A stretch of DNA of 64,000 bases from positions 77,847 through 141,846 of the forward strand of contig JAGYLV010000001.1 of NCBI GenBank assembly GCA_018400875.1, written 5' to 3'. The notes beneath the pieces were generated by a model. That model ran no database searches. It had not been told where the DNA came from and saw only the letters and a list, made by a program, of their open reading frames with translations. Every line of letters begins with the position of its first letter. The first letter of the stretch is position 1. Of this stretch, positions 21,194 to 31,997 are shown one piece after another. The position numbers were made by a program, and so were the translations under genes. The stretch is from a bacterium. GTDB taxonomy: Bacteria; Bacillota_I; Bacilli_A; Izemoplasmatales; Izemoplasmataceae.

Positions 21194-22111
21194 ATGAACT
21201 ACGTTTTAGAGCTCACATTGGAACAAATCGAAGCCTTAATTACTTACTATGAACCCCTTGCTGAATCGGTATTTGTTGAAAACACGATGGCGGCCTTTGA
21301 AGGCAACCATGTCAATATATCCATCTACCCTTCCAAAAAAGTAATGTTTCAAGGAAAGAAAGCTGCTCAACACTACGATTATTGGATTGAACAATTCGAC
21401 CTGGGCGAGACGCAAGCGGAAAAGAAAGCAAAAAAAGAAGACACACCGAATAAAGACGCTTTTTATGAACCTTCCATCGGTTCCGATGAATCAGGATCAG
21501 GCGATTACTTTGGCCCCCTATGCGTCGCGGCGGTTTATGTCTCAGCCAACGATAAAGAGTTTTTATCAAAATTTCCGATTAAAGATTCCAAACAAATGGA
21601 AGATTCGACCATTTTAGAAACGGTCCCAGAAATCATCAAACGCATTCCTTATAGTCTGATGGTCTTACAAAATGGACAGTACAATCAAATGATTGACAAA
21701 GGGTATAACTTGAACGCGCTTAAAGCTTACTTACATGCCCAAGCCCACAAGAAAATCAGTGATAAAGTCGGGAAAAAAGGGCCCATTGTTGTTGATCAAT
21801 TCGTCCAGCCCACCAAATACTATGAATATTTAAAAGACTTAGAAGACGTTCCGCAAGTGCAAACATTCATGACCAAGGCTGAGGATCATTACATCTCGGT
21901 GGCCTTAGCCTCGATGATTGCCCGCTATGCGTTTTTAAATCATCTCACGAAGCTTTCCAAAGCCTTGAAACTGAAACTGCAAAAAGGCGCATCCCCCATG
22001 GTCGATGAACAAGCCGCCCATATCATTAAAACGCATGGTGAGCGCCAACTTAAAGAAGTGGCGAAAGTGCACTTTGCGAATACACTCAAAGCCAAGGCCT
22101 TAATTAAATAG
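21194..22111 (+). CDS. rnhC: Ribonuclease HIII
   Basis: N-terminal HIII-specific domain and catalytic GSDESGSGDYFGPL. The start was chosen at ATG 21194, after a GGGAGAAAGGG RBS. Confidence 0.85.
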   Translation: MNYVLELTLEQIEALITYYEPLAESVFVENTMAAFEGNHVNISIYPSKKVMFQGKKAAQHYDYWIEQFDLGETQAEKKAKKEDTPNKDAFYEPSIGSDESGSGDYFGPLCVAAVYVSANDKEFLSKFPIKDSKQMEDSTILETVPEIIKRIPYSLMVLQNGQYNQMIDKGYNLNALKAYLHAQAHKKISDKVGKKGPIVVDQFVQPTKYYEYLKDLEDVPQVQTFMTKAEDHYISVALASMIARYAFLNHLTKLSKALKLKLQKGASPMVDEQAAHIIKTHGERQLKEVAKVHFANTLKAKALIK

Positions 22112-22135
22112 GCCTTGTTTTTTTAGGAGGCACGT

Positions 22136-22537
22136 ATGTTTTGGATCACCGCACTTTTTGTTTTAGTCATCTTCATGGTTATTGATCTCATTTGGCTGGG
22201 CTTTGTTGGCCGGTCGCTTTACCAAAAGTACATTGGTCACTTACTCAAAAAAGATGTTAATTGGACGGCGGCCTTGATTTTTTATGGGCTTTTTGTCCTC
22301 GGGCTTACCTTTTTTGCAGTCTTCCCCGCGTTAGAAGCATCTTCGCTGACCGATGCGCTTTTACTCGGCGGATTTTTTGGCCTGTTAATGTATGCGACCT
22401 ATGATCTGACCAACCTGGCCACGTTAGAAGGTTGGAGTGTGCCCATCACCATTATCGATATGATCTGGGGGACCTTTTTAGGCGCTTTAGTCAGTAGTCT
22501 CACGGTGTTACTCATGACCCTCTTTGGGGTGGTGTAA
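22136..22537 (+). CDS. DUF2177 family small membrane protein
   Basis: 133 aa, 4 TM helices. Family assignment is from recalled similarity. Confidence 0.5.
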   Translation: MFWITALFVLVIFMVIDLIWLGFVGRSLYQKYIGHLLKKDVNWTAALIFYGLFVLGLTFFAVFPALEASSLTDALLLGGFFGLLMYATYDLTNLATLEGWSVPITIIDMIWGTFLGALVSSLTVLLMTLFGVV

Positions 22538-22538
22538 T

Positions 22539-23306
22539 ATGACGTATGCGTTTGGCGCGCTGGTACTCGTCGCCTTCTTTACACTCATTTACATTGTGGC
22601 CCTCATTCGCAATGATTATTCCACCGTGGATGTCTTTTGGGGTATGGCTCAAGTCGTATTAGTGGTGTCCCTCGCGTTATATTTAGACGGGCACGGGCTT
22701 TTTCACTGGATCGTCTACGGGGCGATTATGCTTTGGGGACTGCGATTATCATGGTATTTATACCGACGAAACTGGCATAAACCCGAAGATTTTCGTTATC
22801 AAGCGATGCGCAAAAAATGGGTGAAACTAGAAAAACTGCAAGCCTACATTAAAGTCTATCTCTTACAAAGTGGCTTTGCCTTACTCATGGGCATCACCGT
22901 GATCAGCATGGAGACCCTCTCTTTACGCTATTTGGGGGTATTCATCGGCGGGGCCTTCCTCTTTGGGGTGGGTTTCATTTTTGAAACCTTAGCCGATGAA
23001 CAGATGATGGCGTTTCAAAAGATTAAAAAACCAGGAGAAATTCTCACCACAGGCGTTTGGAAGTTATCGCGTCATCCCAATTATTTCGGGGAAGTCACGG
23101 TATGGTGGGGCATCGGAATCATGGCTTTAGCGCATGCGAATACGTTACTTGTTGCCTTACTGATGCTGATATCTCCGATAACCATTACCTATTTACTGTT
23201 AGGGTTATCGGGCATTCCCATCTTAGAAAAACGGTATGACGGAGATCCTAACTATGAAGCGTACCGAAAAAAAACCCGCGCCTTCTTCCCGTTTCCAAAA
23301 AAATAA
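22539..23306 (+). CDS. DUF1295 / steroid 5-alpha-reductase-like membrane protein
   Basis: Polytopic protein with the SRHPNYFGE motif. The ATG at 22539 lies 1 nt after the upstream stop. Confidence 0.6.
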   Translation: MTYAFGALVLVAFFTLIYIVALIRNDYSTVDVFWGMAQVVLVVSLALYLDGHGLFHWIVYGAIMLWGLRLSWYLYRRNWHKPEDFRYQAMRKKWVKLEKLQAYIKVYLLQSGFALLMGITVISMETLSLRYLGVFIGGAFLFGVGFIFETLADEQMMAFQKIKKPGEILTTGVWKLSRHPNYFGEVTVWWGIGIMALAHANTLLVALLMLISPITITYLLLGLSGIPILEKRYDGDPNYEAYRKKTRAFFPFPKK

Positions 23307-23330
23307 GACCAGACATGTGTCTGGTCTTTT

Positions 23331-23693
23331 TCATAATATGACGTTGGCGATGGTAAAGGAGATTACTAAGTACGAAAGTCCCACAAGAAAATTATGCCAA
23401 GCGCCTTCGTTATCGGCTTTGACTTCTCTCTCGGACATGTAATCGTGGTAAGTCACAGCGCGAAAATTTCGTCTAAACACCAGCTTAAAGATATAGTTGG
23501 TGGAAAGAAAAATATTGCTGGCGCGGGTCAAGGTAATGAGTCCCCAAAAAAATAGGAGTAACCCGACGATAAATAACCCATCGGAGATGGCCTGAATTCT
23601 AGGCACACTGCGGCCGAGTGTGAAAATCCATAAGGCGGTAAACGAAAGGGATATGATGACGAGTTTGATGATGCGTTTAAGGCGATAACTCAC
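23331..23693 (-). CDS. Small membrane protein (possibly DUF3899)
   Basis: 120 aa, 3-4 TM helices. It overlaps the oppF stop by 4 nt. Confidence 0.4.
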   Translation of the reverse strand: MSYRLKRIIKLVIISLSFTALWIFTLGRSVPRIQAISDGLFIVGLLLFFWGLITLTRASNIFLSTNYIFKLVFRRNFRAVTYHDYMSEREVKADNEGAWHNFLVGLSYLVISFTIANVIL

Positions 23694-24841
23694 TTAAGCT
23701 CTTGTTTGTAGGCCGCGATTTCTGCTTGGTTGGCATAAATGAGGTGGCCTTTTTTAATTTCGTGCAATTCCGGTAAATCACTGGAGTAATCGTGCACGGT
23801 AGGGTCATATTTAATCCGTTGACGGCCGCGCTCATATTCAGGATCGGGAAGCGGGACGGCGGAAAGCAGGGATTTAGTATACGGATGAAGCGGGTTTTTA
23901 AAGAGTTCATCTTTATCAGCCAGTTCAACGAGTTTCCCATAATACATCACGCCAATCCGGTCGGCGAAATATTTCACGACCGACAAATCGTGCGCAATGA
24001 ATAAAATGGTGATGCCAAAATCTTTCCGTAAGTCATTGAGTAAGTTGATGACTTGGGCTTGAATGGAAACATCGAGGGCACTGATGGGCTCATCGGCAAT
24101 GATGAATTCAGGATTAACCACTAACGCGCGCGCAATCCCAATTCGTTGACGTTGACCCCCAGAAAATTCATGGGGATAGCGGCTGGCGTGCTCAGGGAGC
24201 AGCCCGACGGTTTCTAAAACATCATTCACTTTTTCTTGAATGACTTTTTCTTTTTTCTCACCCGCGATGCGCAGTCCCTCTGCGATGATTTCTTTGACGG
24301 TCATCCGAGGATTTAACGAGGCAATCGGGTCTTGGAAAATCATCTGCATCTTGTTAAGAATTTCACGGTCATCTTGGGCCGTGTCTTCTTTACGCTTGGG
24401 AATGTCGCGTTTAAGATTTTTCACGACCGCATCACGCTTCAGTTCAACGGCTTTGATTTTTTCTTGATACGTCGCTTGGACTTTGGCTTTGTCAGATTCG
24501 CTGGCGCTTTCTAATTCAGACGCCATCGCTTGTTTGAGTTCAGCGATTTCTTGGGCGGCGTTTCGTTTTTCGTCTTTAATTTGTTGTTTAAGTCCCACGG
24601 TGCCCGCACTGATGCGATTGCCTAAGAAATACACTTCACCATCGGTGGGTTCATACAGTTTAATGATGGTCCGTCCGGTGGTGGTTTTTCCACAGCCTGA
24701 TTCACCCACGAGGCCAAAAACTTCCCCTTTTTGGATGTCAAACGAGACATCATCCACGGCTTTAACTACAAGTTTATTGCGGCCGATTCCAGTGGTAAAA
24801 TGCTGCTTTAGATTGCGTACGCTTAATATTGTCTCTGCCAT
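23690..24841 (-). CDS. oppF: Oligopeptide-type ABC transporter ATPase with a coiled-coil insert
   Basis: Walker [10 protein letters not shown], signature FSGGQRQR, Walker B IIADEP and an oligopeptide-type C-terminal domain. A ~90-aa K/E/A-rich insert lies between Walker A and the Q-loop. Confidence 0.8.
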   Translation of the reverse strand: MAETILSVRNLKQHFTTGIGRNKLVVKAVDDVSFDIQKGEVFGLVGESGCGKTTTGRTIIKLYEPTDGEVYFLGNRISAGTVGLKQQIKDEKRNAAQEIAELKQAMASELESASESDKAKVQATYQEKIKAVELKRDAVVKNLKRDIPKRKEDTAQDDREILNKMQMIFQDPIASLNPRMTVKEIIAEGLRIAGEKKEKVIQEKVNDVLETVGLLPEHASRYPHEFSGGQRQRIGIARALVVNPEFIIADEPISALDVSIQAQVINLLNDLRKDFGITILFIAHDLSVVKYFADRIGVMYYGKLVELADKDELFKNPLHPYTKSLLSAVPLPDPEYERGRQRIKYDPTVHDYSSDLPELHEIKKGHLIYANQAEIAAYKQELK

Positions 24842-26295
24842 TAGTTGCGTGCCTCACTTTGCGTAGAATCTTTAGAGCGTTGTTTCATGGCTTTAATTCG
24901 ATCTTGAATGACTTGAGGAGGTTTCACTTTAGGGGCATCTTTATGGAGAAGCCAGGTCGCCGCATAGTGGGTATCTGATACTTTGAAATACGGCGGTTGT
25001 TCTTCGAAATCAATGGCCATTGCGTATTCATTGCGATCCGCAAAGGCATCCCCTTTTGGGGGATAAAGCATATTGGGCGGTGTCCCTGGAATGCTAAAGA
25101 GACGGTCTCTCGAAGATAAATCAGGCATCGATGAAAGAAGCGCCCACGTGTATGGGTGTTTGGGATTGTAGAAAATTTCTTCACTGGTTCCAATTTCGAC
25201 GACTTTACCGGCATACATAACAGCCACGCGGTCTGCCATATTGGCCACAACCCCTAAATCGTGGGTAATAAAGATGACGGTTAAATCACGTTCTTCTTTC
25301 AACCGATTAATCAGCTCTAAGATTTGCGCTTGAATGGTCACATCCAGCGCCGTCGTGGGTTCGTCACAAATCAGTAAATCGGGATTGGCTGTTAAGGCAA
25401 TCGCAATGACGATTCGCTGACGCATCCCGCCGGAAAACTGGAACGGATATTGTTTCAATCTTTTTTCGGGTTCTGGAATTCCCACTTCATTCATGACTTC
25501 AAGGGCCCGTTCGCGGGCTTCTTTTTGCGTGACTTGTTTGTAACGCGCAAGTTCTTCTTTAAGGTCACTGATTTCAGCGCGATAGCCTTTTTTCTCTTCG
25601 CCACTGGCACTGCTCATTTTGGCTTTAACGGCCGCAATTTTCTCCGCGTATTCCGCTTTTTTAGCGGCCCACTCTTGATCAACTTCTTTTTTGGCCGCTT
25701 TTTTGGCGGCTTGATACGCCGCTTTAGCCTCGGCCACTTGTTTTTTCAAAGTAGCCTGCTTGGCGGCGGATGCACTCTTAAGTGCGGAAGCATCGCCATC
25801 ACCGGATTCTTTGATGGCTGCAAGGGCTGACGCCAATGCTTCTTTTTCTTTCGCAAGTTCATCTTTTAAATTGAGATATTTACGGCGTTCAGGGTGAGAT
25901 TTAGCTTTAATTTTGTTTTTAAGATGCTTCCCGTTGACGACCATCCCTTCGGTGATTTGTTTCCCAATTTTCATGATGGGATTGAGACTTGAAAGGGGAT
26001 CTTGGAAAATCATTCCGAGTTTATTCCCCCGGAGTTTATGAAAGTCCTCCTCACGGATTTTTGTGAGGTCTTCATCTTCATAGATGATCGACCCACTATC
26101 AATCGTCGCGTTACCGGCCAAAATGCCCATAATCGAACGACTGGTGACAGATTTACCGGATCCGGATTCACCGACAATGGCGAGCGTTTCTCTTTGATAG
26201 AGATCAAAACTGATGTCACGTACGGCGCGGACCGGGCCTTGAGGCGTTTTAAAGGAGATACTCAAGTCTTTGACAGATAATTTTACATCAGGCAT
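24841..26295 (-). CDS. oppD: Oligopeptide-type ABC transporter ATPase with a ~150-aa Ala/Lys coiled-coil insert
   Basis: Walker A GESGSGKS, signature FSGGMRQR and Walker B LICDEP. The insert runs from [14 protein letters not shown] to ARERALEVM. Confidence 0.8.
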   Translation of the reverse strand: MPDVKLSVKDLSISFKTPQGPVRAVRDISFDLYQRETLAIVGESGSGKSVTSRSIMGILAGNATIDSGSIIYEDEDLTKIREEDFHKLRGNKLGMIFQDPLSSLNPIMKIGKQITEGMVVNGKHLKNKIKAKSHPERRKYLNLKDELAKEKEALASALAAIKESGDGDASALKSASAAKQATLKKQVAEAKAAYQAAKKAAKKEVDQEWAAKKAEYAEKIAAVKAKMSSASGEEKKGYRAEISDLKEELARYKQVTQKEARERALEVMNEVGIPEPEKRLKQYPFQFSGGMRQRIVIAIALTANPDLLICDEPTTALDVTIQAQILELINRLKEERDLTVIFITHDLGVVANMADRVAVMYAGKVVEIGTSEEIFYNPKHPYTWALLSSMPDLSSRDRLFSIPGTPPNMLYPPKGDAFADRNEYAMAIDFEEQPPYFKVSDTHYAATWLLHKDAPKVKPPQVIQDRIKAMKQRSKDSTQSEARN

Positions 26296-28190
26296 TATTC
26301 GGACCCCCTCAAGGATGGATTAAAGGCATCGCGCAGGGCGTTACCAAACAAGTTAAAGGTAATCATTAAGATGGATATAATCACGGCCGGCCAAATCGTA
26401 AGATACGGACGACTGACAATCTCAGCCCGACCATCGGCGAGTAATACCCCGATGGATACGCCAGAGAATGTAATTGGGCCAATACTAAACGACTGACCAT
26501 GGCCGATTCCAAATCCTAAGTACGATAATGTCGACTCTGTAAAAATAACTAGGGGAATGGATAAAATACTGGCGGTGATAATCGTCCCAATCCCATTCGG
26601 TAAAATGTGACGGAAAATGAGTCGGTTATCTTTAGCACCCAAGGTTCTGGAGGCTAAGACATATTCTCGGCCTTTATACCGGTAAAATTGCGTCCGGGTG
26701 ACCGAGGCGACGCCAATCCACCCCGAGACTATGAGGACAATAAATAACGTCGTAATCCCCGGTCCGATGTAAGCCACGGCAATGGCTAAGACCACAAGGA
26801 AAGGAATTCGGGCAATAATTTCTGAGAAACGCTCCATCAAGATATCGACTTTACCGCCGTAATATCCAGAAATGGCGCCATAGATAATCCCAATCGTAAT
26901 ATTGACAAGGGCGGCGGAAACCCCGATCAGTAATGAAGTTCTCAGGGCGACCCACGCTAGGTTAAATAGATCCCGACCCGTATTGGTCGTTCCGGCCAAA
27001 TAATAAGGCACGGTATCATACCCGGCATAAAGCCCATAATTCATAATGACTTCATAGGAGACGTATTCGACCCCATCGACTACTACAGCCTCAGATGTTC
27101 TGATGACTTCACGGACCGGACAGCCTTCATCTAAATACCATCCATCCGGATTATCTGGATTTTCAATGACATTGCAGCTACCACTATTGGCTTCGACGAT
27201 TTTTTCGTATTCGGATTTGGAGAAGTTGGCAATACGGTAATCACCGAGGGCAGCCCCATACGCATCAAACTCAAAACTCGACATCGTAATGGTGGCTTCA
27301 AAACGGGTGAGACGACCCGTTCCATCGAGCGTTTCAAACCTCGCTAAATCATATCCTGATGCATCCACTAAAGGTTCTTCCGCACCATCGAATGTGAAAA
27401 GAACATTTTCTAATCGTACATAATCACTTTGATCTGAATTTTCAAATAACAGTCTTAATTCTGTGGGATAAAAGAACAGATCATCGGGATTTTCTATGGC
27501 ATCAAGCACCGAAAAAGTCACTTCTCCGGCTTCTTCCACTTCGCCAATACTGACATAGTTTCCCGTGCCGTCATTCACTAACACACTGAATGAAGAGCCT
27601 TCAGCAAGTTGAACTTCAGAAACGTTAATCGTAATCGTTGGATTTGAATCAAGCTCGGGGAAAAAGCTTCCCGGGGCTTTAAAGGTCGAAGCACTATCCG
27701 TTTCACGGTTCGCAAAATTGACCAAACCACCCATACAGTTTTCCGTAATTTCTGAACAGCCAATTTCGTAATTGACCAACGTATCCATAACAATGTATTC
27801 GGATGGATAGCGGGTTTGATTGGGGACTCCTAACCCGGTTTCTGGATCTATGGTTTCGGGTAAAACTTGTTGATTTTCAATATAAACATTACCGTCAAGG
27901 ACTCCAAAGTTTTCAACAATCGGGACACGGGGAGGCAAAAAAGCCATTCGAGGTTCTAATTCAGTAAAGTTTTTGTTCGTGAATGTGGGAATTAAGATGG
28001 ATAAGGTGATCAGCGTAAATAAGATAACGGTCGCAACCACGTTGGTTTTATTTTTGACAAACCGAATCATCGCATCTTTGAAGTAACCAACGGGTTTAGT
28101 TTCAAACTTTTTATCAAATATTTTTTCATCCCGTTGGACGAACTGTAGTTTTTCCTTGTCTACGTTTGGATTCGTATTTTTTTCGTTCAT
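26295..28190 (-). CDS. oppC: Oligopeptide-type ABC permease with a ~330-aa extracytoplasmic insertion
   Basis: 631 aa: TM1, then a long acidic soluble region, then a canonical BPD-type permease core (EAA-like region ASRTLGAKDNRLIFRHILPN). Confidence 0.75.
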   Translation of the reverse strand: MNEKNTNPNVDKEKLQFVQRDEKIFDKKFETKPVGYFKDAMIRFVKNKTNVVATVILFTLITLSILIPTFTNKNFTELEPRMAFLPPRVPIVENFGVLDGNVYIENQQVLPETIDPETGLGVPNQTRYPSEYIVMDTLVNYEIGCSEITENCMGGLVNFANRETDSASTFKAPGSFFPELDSNPTITINVSEVQLAEGSSFSVLVNDGTGNYVSIGEVEEAGEVTFSVLDAIENPDDLFFYPTELRLLFENSDQSDYVRLENVLFTFDGAEEPLVDASGYDLARFETLDGTGRLTRFEATITMSSFEFDAYGAALGDYRIANFSKSEYEKIVEANSGSCNVIENPDNPDGWYLDEGCPVREVIRTSEAVVVDGVEYVSYEVIMNYGLYAGYDTVPYYLAGTTNTGRDLFNLAWVALRTSLLIGVSAALVNITIGIIYGAISGYYGGKVDILMERFSEIIARIPFLVVLAIAVAYIGPGITTLFIVLIVSGWIGVASVTRTQFYRYKGREYVLASRTLGAKDNRLIFRHILPNGIGTIITASILSIPLVIFTESTLSYLGFGIGHGQSFSIGPITFSGVSIGVLLADGRAEIVSRPYLTIWPAVIISILMITFNLFGNALRDAFNPSLRGSE

Positions 28191-29284
28191 TATTTGCGAG
28201 CCCCCATACGAATTCTAGGATCAACCAGCCCATACGACAAATCGACAAGCAGTATCGCAAATAGACTGATCACCGTATAAAATGCTGTAATGCCTAAGAT
28301 TAAGTTGAAATCATAGTTGTTCTGGGTCATGGCGCGAATGAATATGCGGCCCGTCCCTGGAATGGAATAGATGACTTCGATGATGACTGATCCCGATAAA
28401 AGTCCGACAAAGGATGCAATAATCCCAGGCACTAAGGGCACCATCGAATTACGCATTGCATGTCTTAAAACGGCTTGAGTTTGGGAAAGTCCTTTGGTTC
28501 TTGCTAAGAGTAAGAATTCAGATGTTAACACTTCAGAAAGCTCCGCCCGAGATGTCCGGGTGAGTGAAGCCAGAGCACCGAACGATAAACCGAGTACGGG
28601 AAGCACAAAGGCTGTGTAACGAATGGACCCCGTAACATCGGCCGGTGGGAATTGGACGGGAAGCCATCCTAGCCCATAACCAAAGACCAAGACCAGGAAC
28701 GTCATGGTCACAAAACTCGGAAGCGAGATCAGAATCATGACCGCCACAGAGATAAAGTTATCCAAAAAGCTATTTTTTCTAAGCGCCGCAAGAATTCCCA
28801 GGGCAAACCCAATGGGAATGTAAAAGAGTAACGCAACAATGTTTAACTGGAAAGTCACTGGAATCCGCGAGAGCAAGATGTCAAAAACAGGGACATTGGC
28901 TTGCACCCGGGTCGATACCCCCCAGTTCCATTCCGTTACGATATTCCGGACCCAATTGAAATATTGATTAATCAAGGGCACCGGTTTATAAATTCTAAAT
29001 TGATCGCCTTCATCTCGATACCACGCGTTGCGAACCAAGGTATATTCATCGCTTGCAGCAGGTTCTCTAAGCTCTTGGCGAATGATTTCAACCATTTCAG
29101 GATCGCGTTCTAACTCGATGGTCATATAACCATCGGAAACTTGACGCGCATAGTAAATTTCTCGCTGTTCTTCAATCGTGGGAGGGTATTCGGGCGCATT
29201 CTTAAGCAATATAAAATTGATAGAAAGAATGGTCACTAAAATGATAAATACCCAAACGGTTCGAATCATTGTATATCGTAACAT
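28190..29284 (-). CDS. oppB: Oligopeptide-type ABC permease
   Basis: 364 aa with a BPD permease core (LLARTKGLSQTQAVLRHAMRNS). Confidence 0.8.
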   Translation of the reverse strand: MLRYTMIRTVWVFIILVTILSINFILLKNAPEYPPTIEEQREIYYARQVSDGYMTIELERDPEMVEIIRQELREPAASDEYTLVRNAWYRDEGDQFRIYKPVPLINQYFNWVRNIVTEWNWGVSTRVQANVPVFDILLSRIPVTFQLNIVALLFYIPIGFALGILAALRKNSFLDNFISVAVMILISLPSFVTMTFLVLVFGYGLGWLPVQFPPADVTGSIRYTAFVLPVLGLSFGALASLTRTSRAELSEVLTSEFLLLARTKGLSQTQAVLRHAMRNSMVPLVPGIIASFVGLLSGSVIIEVIYSIPGTGRIFIRAMTQNNYDFNLILGITAFYTVISLFAILLVDLSYGLVDPRIRMGARK

Positions 29285-29391
29285 TCACATCATCCTTATT
29301 TTTAGATTAAAAATTGAAACATTTGATGATTAAATCATACAAAATCGATGGTTTAAACAGCAAATATTTCAACAATGGAACTACTTAAAAC

Positions 29392-29442
29392 ATAATGAAC
29401 CAAATGCAAACCCGAATGGGCTTGCATTTGGTCGTTCATTAT
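29392..29442 (-). terminator. Long intercistronic hairpin / partial terminator between oppA and oppB
   Basis: A ~20-bp stem (aatgaaccaaatgcaaaccc / gggcttgcatttggtcgttcatt) is followed on the minus strand by a weak U tract (TGTTTTAAG). This is the usual arrangement for expressing the binding protein in excess. Confidence 0.55.
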
Positions 29443-29470
29443 ATTCAGTTCAGTAAAGCAATGGGATGGT

Positions 29471-31729
29471 TTACTCGACTACCATTCCATCTTCAAGTTC
29501 AACTTCAGAGGTGAGTAACCGCTGAATGGCATCGAAGGAGAAGATTTCACGGAGCGTTTCACCGGTGGATGGGTTGACATATTCAAGCTCAATGTTTGCT
29601 TGAGTCGTGTCAAAGTCATCGCCCCAGTTCAGGGTAAAGCCAGATGTGTTCAATGAGTTAAAGGTATCTAAGAATCCTGCGGCATCTAAGGTTGAACCTG
29701 AGATACCACCGAAGCCCATGTCCGTTTCACCAGGAATGATGAAGTTAAAGTAGTTATTTGGGAATGGTTCGGCTTGGATTACGATATCAATACTAATGTC
29801 TAGCTCCTCATTAACAAACAGTTCTTCGAGTTCAGCTTCGATGTACTCCGCACCGAGTTCTGATCCTTGAGAGTTTGCTTGGATAACGAGTTGAAGTTCA
29901 ATCACATCACCTTCAGCATAATCGCCTGCGGCGACAGCGTCTTCAACGGCACTGTCAAAGAATGCTTTAGCGGCATCAGGGTTGTATCCTTGCGTGGATG
30001 GTGAAAGGCCCTCTAAGACTGTGGCACCATATTCGGTATCACGGAATGGAACCCCACCGGCTGGATCAACTAAGTATGCAGGTGTGAAGTAGAACTGCGC
30101 AGGTTCAGCGGTTCTTTGAACGTCGACTGCAAGTTCTTGACGGTTAATACCGAAGTATAACGCGCTACGGAAGTCTTCATACGCAAGAATCGGTTCAGGG
30201 ATTAAGGTTGAATCAGGGAATTGTTCTCTTTGCGATTCGACAGTACCGTGTGCATTAATGTTCATACGGAATACGGTAGCCCCTGGAGCAAAGCGGATTC
30301 CTGGGTAGGATTGATATTCATCAAACCGTGATGCAGGAAGTCCAGTCGCATCTAAACGACCTGTAATAAAGCTTTGGAATGCGATGTCAGCATCGTTAAT
30401 AACTTCGAACGTATACCCGGTATAGAATGTCCGGTTAGGATCGTGGAAGTTAGGGTTTTCTTTGAGTCGTAAAATCCGGTCAGCTTCATAGGTTTCAAGA
30501 TAGAAACGGCCACTGTAGGAAGTCGTTTCAGCACTCGTTCCGTATTCGTCACCGACTTCTTCATAAAGGTCTAAGTTGATTGGGGTCATGACGAAACCGG
30601 ATAACCAGTAAATGACGTTCCATTCACTCATGAGTGGGACAAATTCAAAGACAATGTTGTTGCCTTCCACAGAGATACCGACTTCATCCCATTCTGCATC
30701 ACCGTCAACGTATTCTTGCATGTTGACGATTTCTTGCGCTGGGTTCAAGAAGTCACCACCGCCGGAAATCGCACGGAACCAACCGTTATCCACGGCAAGT
30801 TTATAGGTATCTAAGAAATCTTGAGCGGTAATATCGCCGGCTTCAGCGCCTGTATGATCGGTCCAAACAAGTCCATCACGAACTGGGACGCTCCATACAT
30901 TGGCCACTTCAGTCCCAAAGACTTCTTGAGCATCCGATGGGGTAGGCATGCCTGAGGCCATCGAAGGTTGAAGTTCGAAACCTGAGAAATCAGAGTTGTA
31001 GTTGAAGAAATAAAGCGCATCTAAGAATGTCGTGATGACATCACTGGAGATGGAATCTTCATAAATCCATTGGTTAAGGGTCGCTGGGTTTTCAGTGAGG
31101 CGCGTACGGTAAGTGTATTCACCGGCTTCACCCGCTTGACCATCATCCATAATGACTGAAGAGTCATCTTGACTCATCGATGCGTAAGCAATCCCAAAGC
31201 CCATAACTGGGTCATAGCCTTCGGTTGGAAGTTGCATACGATCTGAGAATAAGTTGAATGATGATGAGGCCCATAAGGGAATCCCACCAATATGGTTGGT
31301 GACTAAGTAACGTTCTGCGGCGGCAAAGAATTGATGTTTCAAATCAACCGGAGCAAATTTGAAATCATAGACGCCACTGGCCGGAACAAAATCGCCAAGC
31401 GCTGGCTCATCGGGTTCTTCTTCAGCCGATTCAACGGTTACAGTCCGCGTGACTGAGACGCTTTCACCTTCAGAGTTTTCGACACTATACGTAAGTGTAT
31501 ACGTGCCTGCTGCGTTGACATTGACAGACCCAGAAACTTCGATATCCGAAGTTAAATCACCATCATTTTCATCGTCAGCACTAACCCCAGCAAGTGGATC
31601 AAAACTTTCACCCACTTCTAAGGTTGCATTTCCGGTGCCTGAAATGGTTGGAACACTTGGATCGCCAGCACATGCTGCGAGTCCTGCGACAAGCACGAGA
31701 AACGATAAAGCTAATAAAACTTTTTTCAT
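29471..31729 (-). CDS. oppA: Family-5 (oligopeptide-type) solute-binding lipoprotein with an N-terminal Ig-like domain
   Basis: Lipobox LAAC. An N-terminal ~80-aa Ig-like repeat (GTYTLTYSVENSEGESVSVTRTVTV) precedes a large acidic SBP body. Substrate is unknown. Confidence 0.65.
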   Translation of the reverse strand: MKKVLLALSFLVLVAGLAACAGDPSVPTISGTGNATLEVGESFDPLAGVSADDENDGDLTSDIEVSGSVNVNAAGTYTLTYSVENSEGESVSVTRTVTVESAEEEPDEPALGDFVPASGVYDFKFAPVDLKHQFFAAAERYLVTNHIGGIPLWASSSFNLFSDRMQLPTEGYDPVMGFGIAYASMSQDDSSVIMDDGQAGEAGEYTYRTRLTENPATLNQWIYEDSISSDVITTFLDALYFFNYNSDFSGFELQPSMASGMPTPSDAQEVFGTEVANVWSVPVRDGLVWTDHTGAEAGDITAQDFLDTYKLAVDNGWFRAISGGGDFLNPAQEIVNMQEYVDGDAEWDEVGISVEGNNIVFEFVPLMSEWNVIYWLSGFVMTPINLDLYEEVGDEYGTSAETTSYSGRFYLETYEADRILRLKENPNFHDPNRTFYTGYTFEVINDADIAFQSFITGRLDATGLPASRFDEYQSYPGIRFAPGATVFRMNINAHGTVESQREQFPDSTLIPEPILAYEDFRSALYFGINRQELAVDVQRTAEPAQFYFTPAYLVDPAGGVPFRDTEYGATVLEGLSPSTQGYNPDAAKAFFDSAVEDAVAAGDYAEGDVIELQLVIQANSQGSELGAEYIEAELEELFVNEELDISIDIVIQAEPFPNNYFNFIIPGETDMGFGGISGSTLDAAGFLDTFNSLNTSGFTLNWGDDFDTTQANIELEYVNPSTGETLREIFSFDAIQRLLTSEVELEDGMVVE

Positions 31730-31958
31730 TGTGTGTTCTCCTCTCTTTTTTACTTACACTATAATCCCTGAACACGGGGCTTATATATAAGGTTGTAAAA
31801 AGACTTGTGGAATTTGTGAAGTCTTTTGAATAAAATACCACTCTTTATGCCCTTTTGACAAGTTTTTTTATCTTTTTTCGCATAAAAAAGCGTTTTCATT
31901 GATAAATTACCCCCAAACCCTTCCAATCATGACGATATGTCATAGGTAGGCGGTGGGA

Positions 31959-31987
31959 CAAAAAAAGCACTCCGTTTCGGAGTGCTT
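31959..31987 (-). terminator. Intrinsic terminator after nqrF
   Basis: Stem agcactccg/cggagtgct followed by T7 on the minus strand. Confidence 0.8.
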
Positions 31988-31997
31988 GATCCATTGC

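Noticed and set aside
31730-31997. 268-nt oppA upstream region, scanned for a riboswitch, T-box or CodY box.
   Set aside because: Only short hairpins (aagactt...aagtctt, atgac-gatat-gtcat) and a weak promoter were seen, with no recognisable conserved riboswitch core. Not enough evidence to call a feature.
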